Shown: positions 49,513-60,235 of the stretch, piece by piece | Layout of the letters: each line of letters opens with the position of its first letter | How positions within the stretch are numbered: position 1 is the stretch's first letter | Origin: an uncultured Verrucomicrobiae bacterium | GTDB lineage: Bacteria > Verrucomicrobiota > Verrucomicrobiia > Chthoniobacterales > Terrimicrobiaceae | NCBI GenBank assembly: GCA_963706955.1 | Contig: CAVPOC010000002.1 | Location: 192,001-256,000 of the forward strand | DNA: 64,000 bases | Direction of reading: 5' to 3' | Program-made: the position numbers and the translations under genes | Notes under the pieces: model-generated | The model's database searches: none | What the model was told of the DNA's origin: nothing | Seen by the model: only the letters and a program-made list of their open reading frames with translations

Positions 49513-50043
49513 CTATTTCTTTTCGTTCCACTTATAGACCAGCCCCTCGACCACTCCGCCCATCTCGTAGAGTTTCTCCTTATCGTGGACCATTTCCCGG
49601 CGCGTGTAACCGGTAATTGAATACTCCTTTTTGAGAAAAATCGCCTCCTCAGGGCAGACTTCTTCGCACAACCCGCAATAGATGCAGCGGATCATGTCGA
49701 TTTCGAATGAGTGGGGGCGTTTTTCCACCTTCGCCCAGCGATCGGGGGAAGGGATCTCCTCGGGAACGATGGTGATGGCTCGCGGGGGACAGATGAACTC
49801 GCACAGTTGGCAGGCGACGCAACGATCTTTGCCATGCTCGTCCTTCACCAGGGCAGGGGCGCCACGATACCAGGGCGGAAGATGCGCGTCCCATCGCTGC
49901 TCGGGATACTGCATCGTCGTGTGCGTTTTTCCCGAAATGAGTCTCTTGAAGTGCTTTAGGGTGATGGCCAGCCCAGTAGCTATCGCCGGCAAATAGAGCC
50001 GCTCGACGAAAGTCAATTTCGGGCGCTTGACAACCATGGCCAT
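49513..50043 (-). CDS. nuoI: NADH-quinone oxidoreductase subunit I
   Basis: CVACQLCEFICP and CIYCGLCEEVCP, two [4Fe-4S] motifs. Confidence 0.95.
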   Translation of the reverse strand: MAMVVKRPKLTFVERLYLPAIATGLAITLKHFKRLISGKTHTTMQYPEQRWDAHLPPWYRGAPALVKDEHGKDRCVACQLCEFICPPRAITIVPEEIPSPDRWAKVEKRPHSFEIDMIRCIYCGLCEEVCPEEAIFLKKEYSITGYTRREMVHDKEKLYEMGGVVEGLVYKWNEKK

Positions 50044-50263
50044 TGTTCTCCTTGGAACTTGTAGAGAACGATCCCTCCGTGCAAGCCCGGATGTGGTTAT
50101 TCCCCGATTCGCAGCCAGCCTGTTCGGAGTTCAGCGCGAACGGTCGGCCAAGAGGCTGGAGCGCCCCTGAGCGGAAGAAAGAGAACACAGGGGCGGTTCG
50201 CATCGGATAGATGAATATGACCAATTCTTGCGCTATTGGTCATTCCAACCGGGACATTGGACT

Positions 50264-52606
50264 GTGCAACTCACTGAAAAATTTCTCATCGCGATGGGAG
50301 GCTGGCAGGCGTTTAAGGAGGCCAGGGCGCTCCACGCCGCCGGTCGCGTCCTCGAAGCGAGCTACGAGCCGCCCTTGCTCAAGGGCAGGCTCACGGAGGG
50401 AGGCAAGTCTTTTCTCGCCGGACTGCAGTTGCGGAACGCTATCGATGTCGAGAATCTCTGTTTGTGCCGCGATTCGCGGGTGCGGGGAATCATCTGCGCG
50501 CATTCGCTCGCGGTGGCTCTGCAGGTGATCAAACCGGTCACGGGCGGGCAAACGACCGCACCCCGTGATCCGATCACGAGATCTTCTCTTTCGCGCCGGC
50601 AAACCGAGGAAGAACCACAGGTCGAGCTCAGGCTGGAAGGTTCGCTGCGACACTTGGAAGTCGAAATCCACTTTCGCTATACCAAACCCGATGTCGGCAA
50701 TAGCGCCCGCGAAACCGAGGCAATCGCGGAATTGGTGGGATGTGGATTCACCGAAGACAATGGCAAAGCTGTGCTCCGAGGCGAAGACGCGATCGTGCGC
50801 TTCTTTTCGGCCGGACTTCCGAGGCTTCGCCAGAAATGGCAGGTGAACGAAGGTGAGCGATTTCGGCATGTCACTCGCGACTTCGTTCGCCTCGAGCCTC
50901 AATTTGCGATCCGGGAACAGAGCGACGGCTGGCTGGACTTTCATGTCCACTATACAGCGGGCAGAGAAGCGATCTTTTCATCAGCCGACGTGAATCGGCT
51001 TCTTCAGACCGGGAGCGGCCACTTTCGTCTGAAGGACGGAAAGATTGCCGTCGCGGATTCTGAGCTTGCGTCGGACTTGGAAGAAGTGCTGCGCGACTGT
51101 GATCCGCGGCAGGAGGTCGGCGGTTACCGCATCCCGACCGTCCAGCGAGGATATCTTGAAGCCAGTGTCGCATCGTGGAAAGGAAGGAACGCTTCGGAAT
51201 CAGGCTCTCCTCTAGACATCCCGGAAACCGGCCTCGGCACGATGAAGGAGAAGCTGCGACCGTATCAAGTTCAAGGTGCCGCCTGGTTGCTGGAGCGCGC
51301 TCGGCGCAGAGAGGGAGCCTTGCTGGCAGATGAAATGGGGCTTGGCAAGACGGTGCAAACGCTCGCGCTTGTTGAAGCCCTCCCCGGCACCATCCTGGTG
51401 GTCTGCCCTTCGTCGCTTGTGTGGAACTGGAAGAGCGAGGCGGCCCATTTTCTCCCCGACTTGCCTGTGCTCGGGCTGGACGGTCCGGACCGCGAGAAAC
51501 GCTTTGCTGACGTGTTTACATCACGTCTGGTTATTACCAGTTATGCCCTCTTGCGGCGGGATATCGATCGCTACAAAGGCATGACTTTCTCTGCCGTGGT
51601 CTTGGACGAGGCCCAGCACATCAAGAACCCGGATAGCCAAAACGCCCGGGCGGCCTGCGCGCTGCAGGCGCAGAGTCGTTTCATCCTCACGGGAACTCCC
51701 CTGGAGAATTCCCTACGCGACCTCTGGTCTCTCTTCGAGTTTTTGCTTCCTGGCTATCTCGGTAGCCGCCGTGATTTTAAAGATCGTTATGAAATCCCGC
51801 TTCTAAACGGCGAACGCGGGGCGCTCTGGAATCGGCTTGCCCGGCGTTTGCGCCCTTACCTGATGCGCCGTCGCAAACAGGAAATTCTTTCCGAGCTTCC
51901 CGATAAGATCGAGCAGGTCCTCGAGGTGGAATTGAGCCCCGAACAGAAGTCCGCCTACACGGAGCTCCAGCTCGCGGCGCGGACTCAGATCGATCAGCTT
52001 CGCCAGCAGTCCTCGGGAGCAGCTCGCATGCGCGTGCTGACAGCCCTTCTTCGGTTGAGACAGGCGTGCTGCGATCTACGGCTGCTGGGCAAGGAGGGCT
52101 CCTCATCCGCGAAGCTCAACGCCTTGCTCGAGCTCCTGCAGGAAGCAATCGACAGCGGTCACCGCACATTGGTCTTCAGCCAATTCACAGCGATGCTCGA
52201 TATCATCGCGGACGCCCTCGAGAATACAGGCATTGCGTTTTGTCGCCTTGACGGCGCCACCCGAGACCGTCAAGCGGTGGTCGAGCGTTTCCAAAACGAT
52301 GAAAGCATCCCGGTTTTTCTCATCAGCCTGAAGGCCGGCGGTGTGGGACTTAATCTTACCGCGGCCGATACCGTCATTCACTTCGACCCTTGGTGGAACC
52401 CGGCCGTGGAGGCACAAGCCACTGACCGCGCCCACCGCATCGGCCAACGGCGCGTAGTCACCTCGATCAAACTCATCGCCCGAGACACCGTGGAAGAGCG
52501 TATCGTTCGGATGCAGGAGAAAAAACGTGAGCTGCTCGAGGGAACGGTCGATGCACAGACGGCTCTCGAGCAGCTTTCGCCCGAGGATCTTGGCGAGCTG
52601 GTCTAA
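50264..52606 (+). CDS. SWIM zinc-finger SNF2 (Swi2/Snf2) helicase-like ATPase
   Basis: SWIM CLC…CAH; LRPYQ, LADEMGLGKT, DEAQ, TGTPLEN, FSQF, GLNLT, WNPAVEAQATDRAHRIGQ. Confidence 0.93.
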   Translation: MQLTEKFLIAMGGWQAFKEARALHAAGRVLEASYEPPLLKGRLTEGGKSFLAGLQLRNAIDVENLCLCRDSRVRGIICAHSLAVALQVIKPVTGGQTTAPRDPITRSSLSRRQTEEEPQVELRLEGSLRHLEVEIHFRYTKPDVGNSARETEAIAELVGCGFTEDNGKAVLRGEDAIVRFFSAGLPRLRQKWQVNEGERFRHVTRDFVRLEPQFAIREQSDGWLDFHVHYTAGREAIFSSADVNRLLQTGSGHFRLKDGKIAVADSELASDLEEVLRDCDPRQEVGGYRIPTVQRGYLEASVASWKGRNASESGSPLDIPETGLGTMKEKLRPYQVQGAAWLLERARRREGALLADEMGLGKTVQTLALVEALPGTILVVCPSSLVWNWKSEAAHFLPDLPVLGLDGPDREKRFADVFTSRLVITSYALLRRDIDRYKGMTFSAVVLDEAQHIKNPDSQNARAACALQAQSRFILTGTPLENSLRDLWSLFEFLLPGYLGSRRDFKDRYEIPLLNGERGALWNRLARRLRPYLMRRRKQEILSELPDKIEQVLEVELSPEQKSAYTELQLAARTQIDQLRQQSSGAARMRVLTALLRLRQACCDLRLLGKEGSSSAKLNALLELLQEAIDSGHRTLVFSQFTAMLDIIADALENTGIAFCRLDGATRDRQAVVERFQNDESIPVFLISLKAGGVGLNLTAADTVIHFDPWWNPAVEAQATDRAHRIGQRRVVTSIKLIARDTVEERIVRMQEKKRELLEGTVDAQTALEQLSPEDLGELV

Positions 52607-52692
52607 GAGGATTCCGGAAAAGCCGCTGCAATGCGCCGTCGGACCTGAGTGAGACCATCGCCGCAAAGTATCTGCGGAGCGCACGCGTCTTT

Positions 52693-52750
52693 GTAGCGGC
52701 GATGTCCCCATCGCCGGAAATACCCTCGACCGTGAGCCCACGGTCGCTAC
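52693..52750. repeat. 58-bp GTAG REP doublet (family 1, copy 4)
   Basis: GTAG-cggcgatg-tccc-catcgccg…cgaccgtg-agcc-cacggtcg-CTAC. Confidence 0.85.
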
Positions 52751-52953
52751 AGATGTCTTCGGCGACACGTCCGACAGCTGCCCGACACTCCAAAAATCGC
52801 CGTCGCCATCGGTGCCTAATTCCCCTGAGGCTCAATGGGCGCGATTCACCGATGGCTCGGCCGTGGCATCGTTCTCACAAGGCGATGCTCTCCGCGCTTG
52901 CACTCCAGCGGTCTTTTCCGGAAAGCTGTGGATCCCTCTAATCAATTAAGCAC

Positions 52954-53938
52954 ATGAAAAAGCGGACGTTTGACAAAACTGGTGTGGAAGTATCGGAAGT
53001 TGGTCTGGGTTGTTGGCAACTCGGCGGCGCGGATTGGGGAGATGTTTCGGACGAGAAGGCGCTCGCAATCCTCGCCGCTGCTGTCGAGGCGGGGGTGACC
53101 TTCTTTGATACGGCTGACGTCTATGGGAATGGTCGCAGCGAAAGCTTGATCGGACGCTTTTTAAAGCAGACTTCCGAGCCAATCTTCGTCGCTACCAAGC
53201 TTGGCCGAATGTCAGACCTTTACCCCGACAAGTATTCCGAAGAGGGAGTTCGAAAAGCCATCGAAGCATCCTTGCGCCGGCTCGAGGTCGAGGCGCTCGA
53301 CTTGACGCAGCTCCATTGCGTTCCAACAGAAATCATGCGCCAGGGTGAAATCTTCGAATGGCTGCGCAAATGTCAAAAGGAAGGCAAGATCAAGAGTTTC
53401 GGAGCGAGCGTTGAATCGATGGAGGAAGCGCTGATTTGTCTCGAGCAACCGGACTTCGCTTCGCTCCAGATCATTTTCAACATTTTTCGGCAGAAGCCGA
53501 TCGTCTCGCTTTTTCCTCATGCGAAGGAGAAGGAAGTGGCCATCATCGTCAGGCTGCCTCTGGCTAGCGGATTACTTTCCGGCAAAGATGAACAAGGACA
53601 CGAAATTCGCCGCGACCGATCATCGCTCCTATAACCGCGACGGGCAGCAGTTCAGTGTGGGGGAAACTTTTGCCGGCCTGCCATTTGAGAAGGGTGTCGA
53701 GTTGGCAGAAGATTTGAAGGACTTTGTGCCCGAAGCGCTAACCATGGCACAATTCGCGCAGCGCTGGATCCTCGACCACGAGGAGGTCTCCGTGATCATC
53801 CCCGGGGCCACTTCTGCCGACCAGGCCCGAGCCAATGCGAGTATCTCTGAGCTTCCCCCTCTCAGTCAGCCGCTGCACGAACGTCTGGCGAACTATTATC
53901 AGGGCAAGGTGTATCCTTTCATTCGTGGCCCGTATTGA
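52954..53938 (+). CDS. Aldo/keto reductase (frameshift near 53585)
   Basis: GLGCWQLGG, FFDTADVYG.G.SE, ATK, SLRRL…LH, PLASGLL, IPGA. Confidence 0.9.
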
Positions 53939-53982
53939 GCGGAATCTTGCCGGCACCGTTCTTCTGACGTAGTGGTGCCTTC

Positions 53983-54432
53983 ATGCGTATCGCCTCATTA
54001 ACAATCGCTTTCGCGCTCGTCTTTATGTCCTTCACAAACGCGCAATCCGGCCTTCAGGAAGGGGAGCGTTTTCTCAAGGAAAATGCCACCAAACCTGGCG
54101 TCAACACGACTTCCTCCGGTCTCCAGTACAAGGTGCTTCAGGAGGGGACGGGCAAGAGTCCGAAGGCGACAGATGTCGTCGTCGTCAATTACCGTGGGAC
54201 GCTCATCAACGGCAAAGAGTTTGACAGCTCCTACAAGGCCGGAAAGCCGATCGAGTTTCCTCTGAATCGTGTCATTCCTGGTTGGACCGAAGGTGTCCAG
54301 CTGATGAAGGAAGGTGCGAAGTACGAATTCTATATTCCTCCGAATCTGGCCTATGGTTCTCGCGGGGCCGGCGGGGTCATTGGTCCGGACGAAACCCTGA
54401 TCTTTGAAGTGGAATTGCTTAAGGTCAGGTAG
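53983..54432 (+). CDS. FKBP-type peptidyl-prolyl isomerase (exported)
   Basis: SGLQYKVL, YRGTLING.EFDSS, VIPGWTEG, IPPNLAYG, LIFEVELL. Confidence 0.95.
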   Translation: MRIASLTIAFALVFMSFTNAQSGLQEGERFLKENATKPGVNTTSSGLQYKVLQEGTGKSPKATDVVVVNYRGTLINGKEFDSSYKAGKPIEFPLNRVIPGWTEGVQLMKEGAKYEFYIPPNLAYGSRGAGGVIGPDETLIFEVELLKVR

Positions 54433-54463
54433 GCTGGGCTGAGCGCCGCTGGTCATCACCCTG

Positions 54464-55735
54464 ATGTTCTCGATGACTCGAGCGTTTCGGTCGGCGACTC
54501 GATTCTATCTCTTTGTTCTCTCTTTCGGCGCGATCTCCCTGTTTGCTTCCGACGACCTGCGGCCGGGCGATGTGGTGGCGATTTGCGGTGATTCGATTAC
54601 CGAACAGGGCCTCTATTCGGCTTTCATCGAGGCCTACCTGCTCGCGTGTCAACCTGTCAGCGGTGTCCGCACCCACCAATTTGGCTTGAGCGGCGAAACT
54701 TCCTGGGAATTTCTTACCCGCATCGACTCTGACGTCCTGCCGTTTCGGCCGACGGTGGCAACAACGTGTTACGGGATGAACGACGGCGGGTATGGACCGT
54801 TCGACCCGGAACGCGAGATGGGCTATCGACGCGCCACTACTGAGATCGTCCAAAGGTTGAAGCGCGCCGGCGTGCGCCTTATCATTGTCGGTTCGCCCGG
54901 GGTGGTCGACAGCGACGCGTTCGATCAGAACGGCCCGATCTGGACCAACGCCGAAGAATATAATCGCCAAACGCTTCGACGGCTTGCTCAGATTGCCCGG
55001 GAAGTTGCCGCGCAAGAAGGCGTCCGATACGCCGACGTTCATGGAGTTTTTTGGCACGCGATGGAGAGGGCAAAGGCGAAGTTTGGGCCTCGTTACCATG
55101 TCGCAGGTGCCGACGGCGTGCACCCCGCCGCCAATGGTCATCTGATTATTGCTTACGCATTTCTGAAGGCCCTGGGATGCGATGGAAACATCGGGACTTT
55201 CACGGTCGATCTAGCTGCCAGACGGGTAACCGTAAGCGAAGGGCATCGTCTCCTTTCCTTCGCCGATGACAGCGTCAAAATTCAGTCCACCCGCTATCCA
55301 TTCTGCTTCTATGGAGAACCGACCGATCCGGAGAGCACGCGTGGAATTCTCGAGGTGCTCCCCTTTAATGCGGAACTGAATCGGCTCGAGTTGTGGGTTA
55401 CCGGTGCTTCAACACCCCGGCTTAAGGTAACGTGGGGAAACTCGTTCAAAATTTTCCGCGCGGAGGAATTGGCGAAAGGGGTGAACCTAGCCGCCGAGTT
55501 CCTGGACAACCCGTTCAGCGCGCCCTTCCAAGCGGTCGAATATGCCGTCTCCAAGCAGCAGCAGTACGAGGCCCCGCGCGTTCACATCATCGAGGAAAGC
55601 TGGGCGGAAGGATGGCGCAAACAAAAGACAATGCGCGGTGCACCGAGTCTGGAGAAGATCCGGGAATTGGAAGCTGCTGCGCGCGCCGCCGTTAAGCCCG
55701 TTACACACACCCTGACAATCACGCCTGTGCCATAG
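54464..55735 (+). CDS. SGNH/GDSL hydrolase family protein (exported)
   Basis: GDSIT, G.SG, YGMND, DGVHP…GH blocks. Confidence 0.88.
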   Translation: MFSMTRAFRSATRFYLFVLSFGAISLFASDDLRPGDVVAICGDSITEQGLYSAFIEAYLLACQPVSGVRTHQFGLSGETSWEFLTRIDSDVLPFRPTVATTCYGMNDGGYGPFDPEREMGYRRATTEIVQRLKRAGVRLIIVGSPGVVDSDAFDQNGPIWTNAEEYNRQTLRRLAQIAREVAAQEGVRYADVHGVFWHAMERAKAKFGPRYHVAGADGVHPAANGHLIIAYAFLKALGCDGNIGTFTVDLAARRVTVSEGHRLLSFADDSVKIQSTRYPFCFYGEPTDPESTRGILEVLPFNAELNRLELWVTGASTPRLKVTWGNSFKIFRAEELAKGVNLAAEFLDNPFSAPFQAVEYAVSKQQQYEAPRVHIIEESWAEGWRKQKTMRGAPSLEKIRELEAAARAAVKPVTHTLTITPVP

Positions 55736-55789
55736 CGGCGACGATGTCCCCATCGTCACGATCTTCGGCGGCGGGGACGCCGCCGCTAC
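55735..55789. repeat. REP doublet, family 1 (degenerate copy 5)
   Basis: cgacgatg-tccc-catcgtca…cggcggcg-ggga-cgccgccg-CTAC; left GTAG degenerate. Confidence 0.75.
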
Positions 55790-55969
55790 AGACGCTTGCT
55801 CGCATTACCCACGAGATTGCAGGCGCTCGTGATGACTAAGCGCCAACGGCGCGACTTCAACGTCAGCCTGGGGCGGCCGCCCCAGGGACGGTCCAAAGAA
55901 AAGATGAACAGCGCTGAAGGCGCGATTCATCACAGGCCGTGTTCGCCTTGTTGCGCGCGCCCTGCGCCC

Positions 55970-56347
55970 CTAATTCTTCAAGCGATAGCAGACCTCGAGC
56001 CTGTTACCGGCGGGATCTTCGAAGAATACTCCGTAATACGCCTCGGAGCCTTCATAGCTGGGACCTTCGATATTTCGCGCACCGATCTTCCTGAGCACTT
56101 GTGCGATTTCATCGACTTCGGCGATGCTCGGCGCCCAAAAGGCTATTCGATTTTCGTTCGGCCTGTGTCCCGGCGACTGAGTCACACCGAAGAACTCGGT
56201 TGGTCCCTCGCCTTGAGTAGAGAATTGCAACCAGCCGGGAATGTTCATGTCTTCGGTAAAGCCGAGCCGGGGCAGGAGCGCGCCGTAGAACTCTCTAACC
56301 GATGCAAGGTCCGCAACGCGAAGATCAATGTGGTCGAAGCGACGCAT
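55970..56347 (-). CDS. VOC family protein
   Basis: FDHIDLRV…FY…LG, IAF, FFEDPAGNRLEV. Confidence 0.88.
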   Translation of the reverse strand: MRRFDHIDLRVADLASVREFYGALLPRLGFTEDMNIPGWLQFSTQGEGPTEFFGVTQSPGHRPNENRIAFWAPSIAEVDEIAQVLRKIGARNIEGPSYEGSEAYYGVFFEDPAGNRLEVCYRLKN

Positions 56348-56361
56348 GCGGAGCTTTCAAG

Positions 56362-57360
56362 TTAGCAGTCGGCGATTGCTCGAGCGACAGGCTCGACCTG
56401 ACCCCGGCACCATTCGGAAAGAAACTCGACGATCCTTCGTTCAGCCCAGCTTTGCTTGCGCGAGAGGGAATCGTAAAAGCCAAGGTGGCCGCCCGCGGTC
56501 GGCGCTTCGAGGAACACGTGTGCGCTCGCCTTCGCTTCCTCGAAAGGAAGACAATTTGGAGTTAAGAACGGGTCATCTTGCGCACTAAGGATGAGGGTCG
56601 GAACGGTAATCGCGCCAAGGAATTGCCGCGAGCTGCACCGCGTCCAGTAGTCACTGGCGTCGCGAAATCCATGGACTGGCGCGGTAAATCGTCCGTCGAA
56701 ATCTTCAAATCCACGAATGCCTTTGGTTTGGCTGGCGTCGATCTGCTCTGGGAAATGCTTCGCCTTGGCCTTTACCTTCCGCACGAGCGTGGCGATCAAT
56801 CGCCGCAGATAAAGGCGGTTGGTCCTCCGTTGGTCGAGCGCACGCGCACTCGCCGTCAGATCGACGGGAGCTGAGATCGCGGCGGCGCAAGCGACCGCGC
56901 TGTGCGGACGAGCTTCACCGAGATATTTGAGGACGAGGTTTCCACCCAGGCTGAAGCCGATCAAAGCGATTCGCGAAAAGCGGCGGGCCGCGTGCTCAAT
57001 GACGAGCGCCAGATCTGCCTGTCTCTCCGCTATGGTAAAGGCGTGGTAGGCGATTTAGTTCTCCGCTGCAGCCGCGATAATTCCACGCAAGGACGTTCCA
57101 GCCGCTCGCTGCAGCGTCCGGGCCATGCCGCAGATGGTGGCGTCCTGGGAAGATCCTTCCAACCCATGTGAAAGGATTGCCAGATCGCAGCCGAGAGCTG
57201 GCAACCAGTCTAAATCCAGAAAATCGCCATCGGCAAGTTCCAGCCTTTCGCGCTGATATGGCAGACGCATCTTCCTCCTGGAGATAACTGGCAGCAGCGT
57301 TTGCAGGTGCGCGTTGCGCAACAGAAAGGGCGGATGGAACTGCGAGCGAATGACCGGCAT
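56362..57360 (-). CDS. YheT-like alpha/beta hydrolase (frameshifts near 57000-57100)
   Basis: NAHLQT, DGDFLDLDW, HGLEGSS, GFSLGGN, DDPF, GGHLGF. Confidence 0.85.
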
Positions 57361-57512
57361 CTTAGAAAGCTTCTCTACTCTAGCGTTCGGCGCATCCCGC
57401 CGGAAGCCATATTCCCGAAACGGTGCTACGAAGAAGCGTAACAGTGTCGACTTCTCTTGTTGTGGAGGCGGTTGTGCCAACCGCCCCTACAATGAAGTGC
57501 CACAGGCCGCCT

Positions 57513-58612
57513 CTACTTTACGTCGATGATGGTGTTCTTTTCGACAAGCTCGCTCATGAGAAAAGCATCCCAATTGGACATTCGAATGCAGCCGTGGCTT
57601 TCGTTTCGTCCGATCTGATCCGGGTGGGGCGTTCCATGCATGCCCACACTGGGTTTGTTGATGGCCATCCAGACGACCCCGACTGGGTTGTTGGGCCCGG
57701 GGGGCAGGTTGTAGGCATTGTCGCTGCGGACCCCATTTTCCAGAACCGACTTGTCCCAGCGAAAGTAGGGCATGAGGACATTCGCTGGTCACTTTCCATT
57801 GCCCGTCCGGAACCGGCACCTCGCGCGACCCCGGAGTGCAGGGAAAGCAGGCGACCAAGCGATCACCTTCATAGAGCTCAATGAGTCGCTCAGCACGGAG
57901 GAGTTCCAAGCGCCGAATCGGAGTCTCTCCACCCGAAGCCGGTGTTGCCGACGCGGTTCCATTCTCGGCCGGCGAGGGAGATGGCGCAGCTGCTTGCGAG
58001 GAATCGTCCTGCTGTTCTCTGGAACCTTTTTTCGCTTTCTCCTCCTCCTTGCGCTGCTTTTCAAGTGCTACGACTTTGGCGATTTCAAATTCGGTGACAT
58101 CCGGCACGCGCAAGACTGAGCCTACGGTCAGCTCGCCCTTGGGAGCCTTCCCATTGAGCTCGCGCAAAAAATCCAAGTCGCAGTGGAATCGTTCGGCGAC
58201 AAGCTCCCACAGGTCCGCATAGAGCATCGCCTTGAGCGTTTCTTGCTCCGGCGGGCTCCGAGGCCTGCGGGCCTATCCAATCCAAATCCTCTTTGGTAAT
58301 GGTGTAGTCGCGATAGGGCGCGGAGATGCTCGAAACGTCCAGGCGGGTTCCCTCGGGCAGACCGTTCGCGCGGCAGTAGCGATCCGCCGCCTTTTGCGTG
58401 AACTCTCCACCGAGCCCGTCGATCTTGCCTGGTCGAAAGTTCGCGCGGTCCAAAAAGATCTGCACGCGCACCATCTCCATGCGTTCTGCTGAATCGGGCG
58501 ATTGCTTCTGCAACCGGGCGATCTGCGCCTTCAACGGCGTCTTGGCATCCAGCTCGATCCCCGCACCGCACAGGAGCGCGGCAAACAAGATTAGTCGGAA
58601 TCTGGAAAGCAT
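57513..58612 (-). CDS. L,D-transpeptidase with PG-binding/LysM-like N-terminal modules (frameshifts)
   Basis: Signal peptide, QIFLDRANFRPGKIDG, ELVAERFH…LRELN, PGPNNPVGVVW, MHGT…SHGCIRM. Confidence 0.82.
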
Positions 58613-58861
58613 TGAGCGCAGGGCAAACGTTTTGTCCCTGCCGCAGGGGATGCCGCTGCAATCCGCAGTGCGCGTGGATCTGGGGTGGTCTTTCAATGGA
58701 AGATCTCGTTTACGGTCACGAGTTTATCGAATTTCGTGCGTGATGGGGATGCCTGGATGGGGACGCCGAAATTCCGTGGCAAGAGCGACACTACTCCTTC
58801 ACTTTCGAAGGAAACGCCGCGACTCGAGTTAAACGCTGAACTCAGCGAGCTTGCGGCTTCA

Positions 58862-60147
58862 CTACGGCCGGCGTCGATTCGGAGAGCCTGCCTGCGAGGA
58901 GCGAGATCTTCGAACCTCCAGAACGACCCAGCTGAGAAACATCAAGACGAATGAGACAATCAGCGGTGTCTTTTCGTCGATCGCCTGCAAGCCTCCGCCG
59001 AGGAAAGAAATCGTGCCGAAAGCGAATGCGTTTATGGCAGCGGTAATGCCCATGATCTCTCCCTTGGTATCCTCGGTCGAGAGATCGGTAAACAGAATGA
59101 TGAGCGCGCCAAACGAGACAGCAGTGGCAACGGATATCGGAAGGATAATCATCCATTGCGCGATCATACTCGGTGCGAAGGTGCTCACGACGATGAAGGC
59201 TGCGGTTGCGAGAAGGCTTCCGCTGGTGATCGCGTGCGCTGAAAAACGCTTCGTCAGAACAGGCATCGCCAAAGCAAAGCTGATGCAGAATCCGATTCCC
59301 ATGACTGCCATGAAGAGACTGGCATCCGTCACCGAGGCGTCAAAGCGATCCATTACGAAGTGGGCGACGAAAAAGAAGTATGCTCCCCAAGCCATCTCTT
59401 GAAGCAGGAAAACGCTGGAAACCCTCCGCAGGCCGGGCCGCTGGAATGCATGCGCCAGACTGTGCAATCCACTCAGCAGAGAAAGAGGCGTCTCGCTTCT
59501 GGGCCGAAGTTAGGCGCGGCGGTTCGCGAAAGAGGAACAGAAGCAGGCAAAAATTTAGCACGGCGAGAGCTACTGTGGCGAGGAGCGGGGTCTGTGTGTT
59601 GAACCAGGGCATAATGCTGCTGTCGGACAACAACCCACTGAGGGCGGGGCCCACCACGAAGCCAACCGAAGACGCAAGTAATCCCATGCTCAGCCAAAAA
59701 TCGCGCTTCTCGGGCGCGGAGACATCGACGAGCGCAGCCAGCGAAATCGGCTGGCTGGCCGCGGTCATGCCGCCGAGAGCTCGGCCGACCATTACGAGAA
59801 TGATCGAACCGAGCGCAAAGGCGCTGCTGAGTATTGTGTAGCTCAAGACGATTCCTACCGCACAAATCAGCAGCATCCGCTTACGTCCGACACGATCGGA
59901 AAGCTGGCCCAGGATCGGTGCACCGAAAAACATCATCATCGGGTAGAGTCCCGTGGCGACTCCGTAGATAATGTAGCGAGCATCTTCGCTTAACCCCGCG
60001 CCAATAGCCGCTGTCGAGTCTGGCGCGAGCTCCGCCGCCAGCAGCGGAGTCAGCATTGCGAAGCCCATCGAGTCGATCAGGACGATCAGCAGGAGGGGCA
60101 ACGCCGCCGCCGGTGAGGAAGCTTTCGCTTGTTCGCGGCGGAGTCAT
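58862..60147 (-). CDS. MFS transporter, TetA/DHA1-like (frameshifts near 60100 and 59460)
   Basis: Motif A GQLSDRVGRKR, GRALGG, GFVVGPALSG, about 12 hydrophobic segments across frames. Confidence 0.85.
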
Positions 60148-60235
60148 TCCTGAAGTGGGAAGGCAGGCGCCTTCATCGAAAGAGCTCGCTCATACAAACG
60201 GAGGCAAATTCAGGACGCGGTGGAAACGCGCCCAG

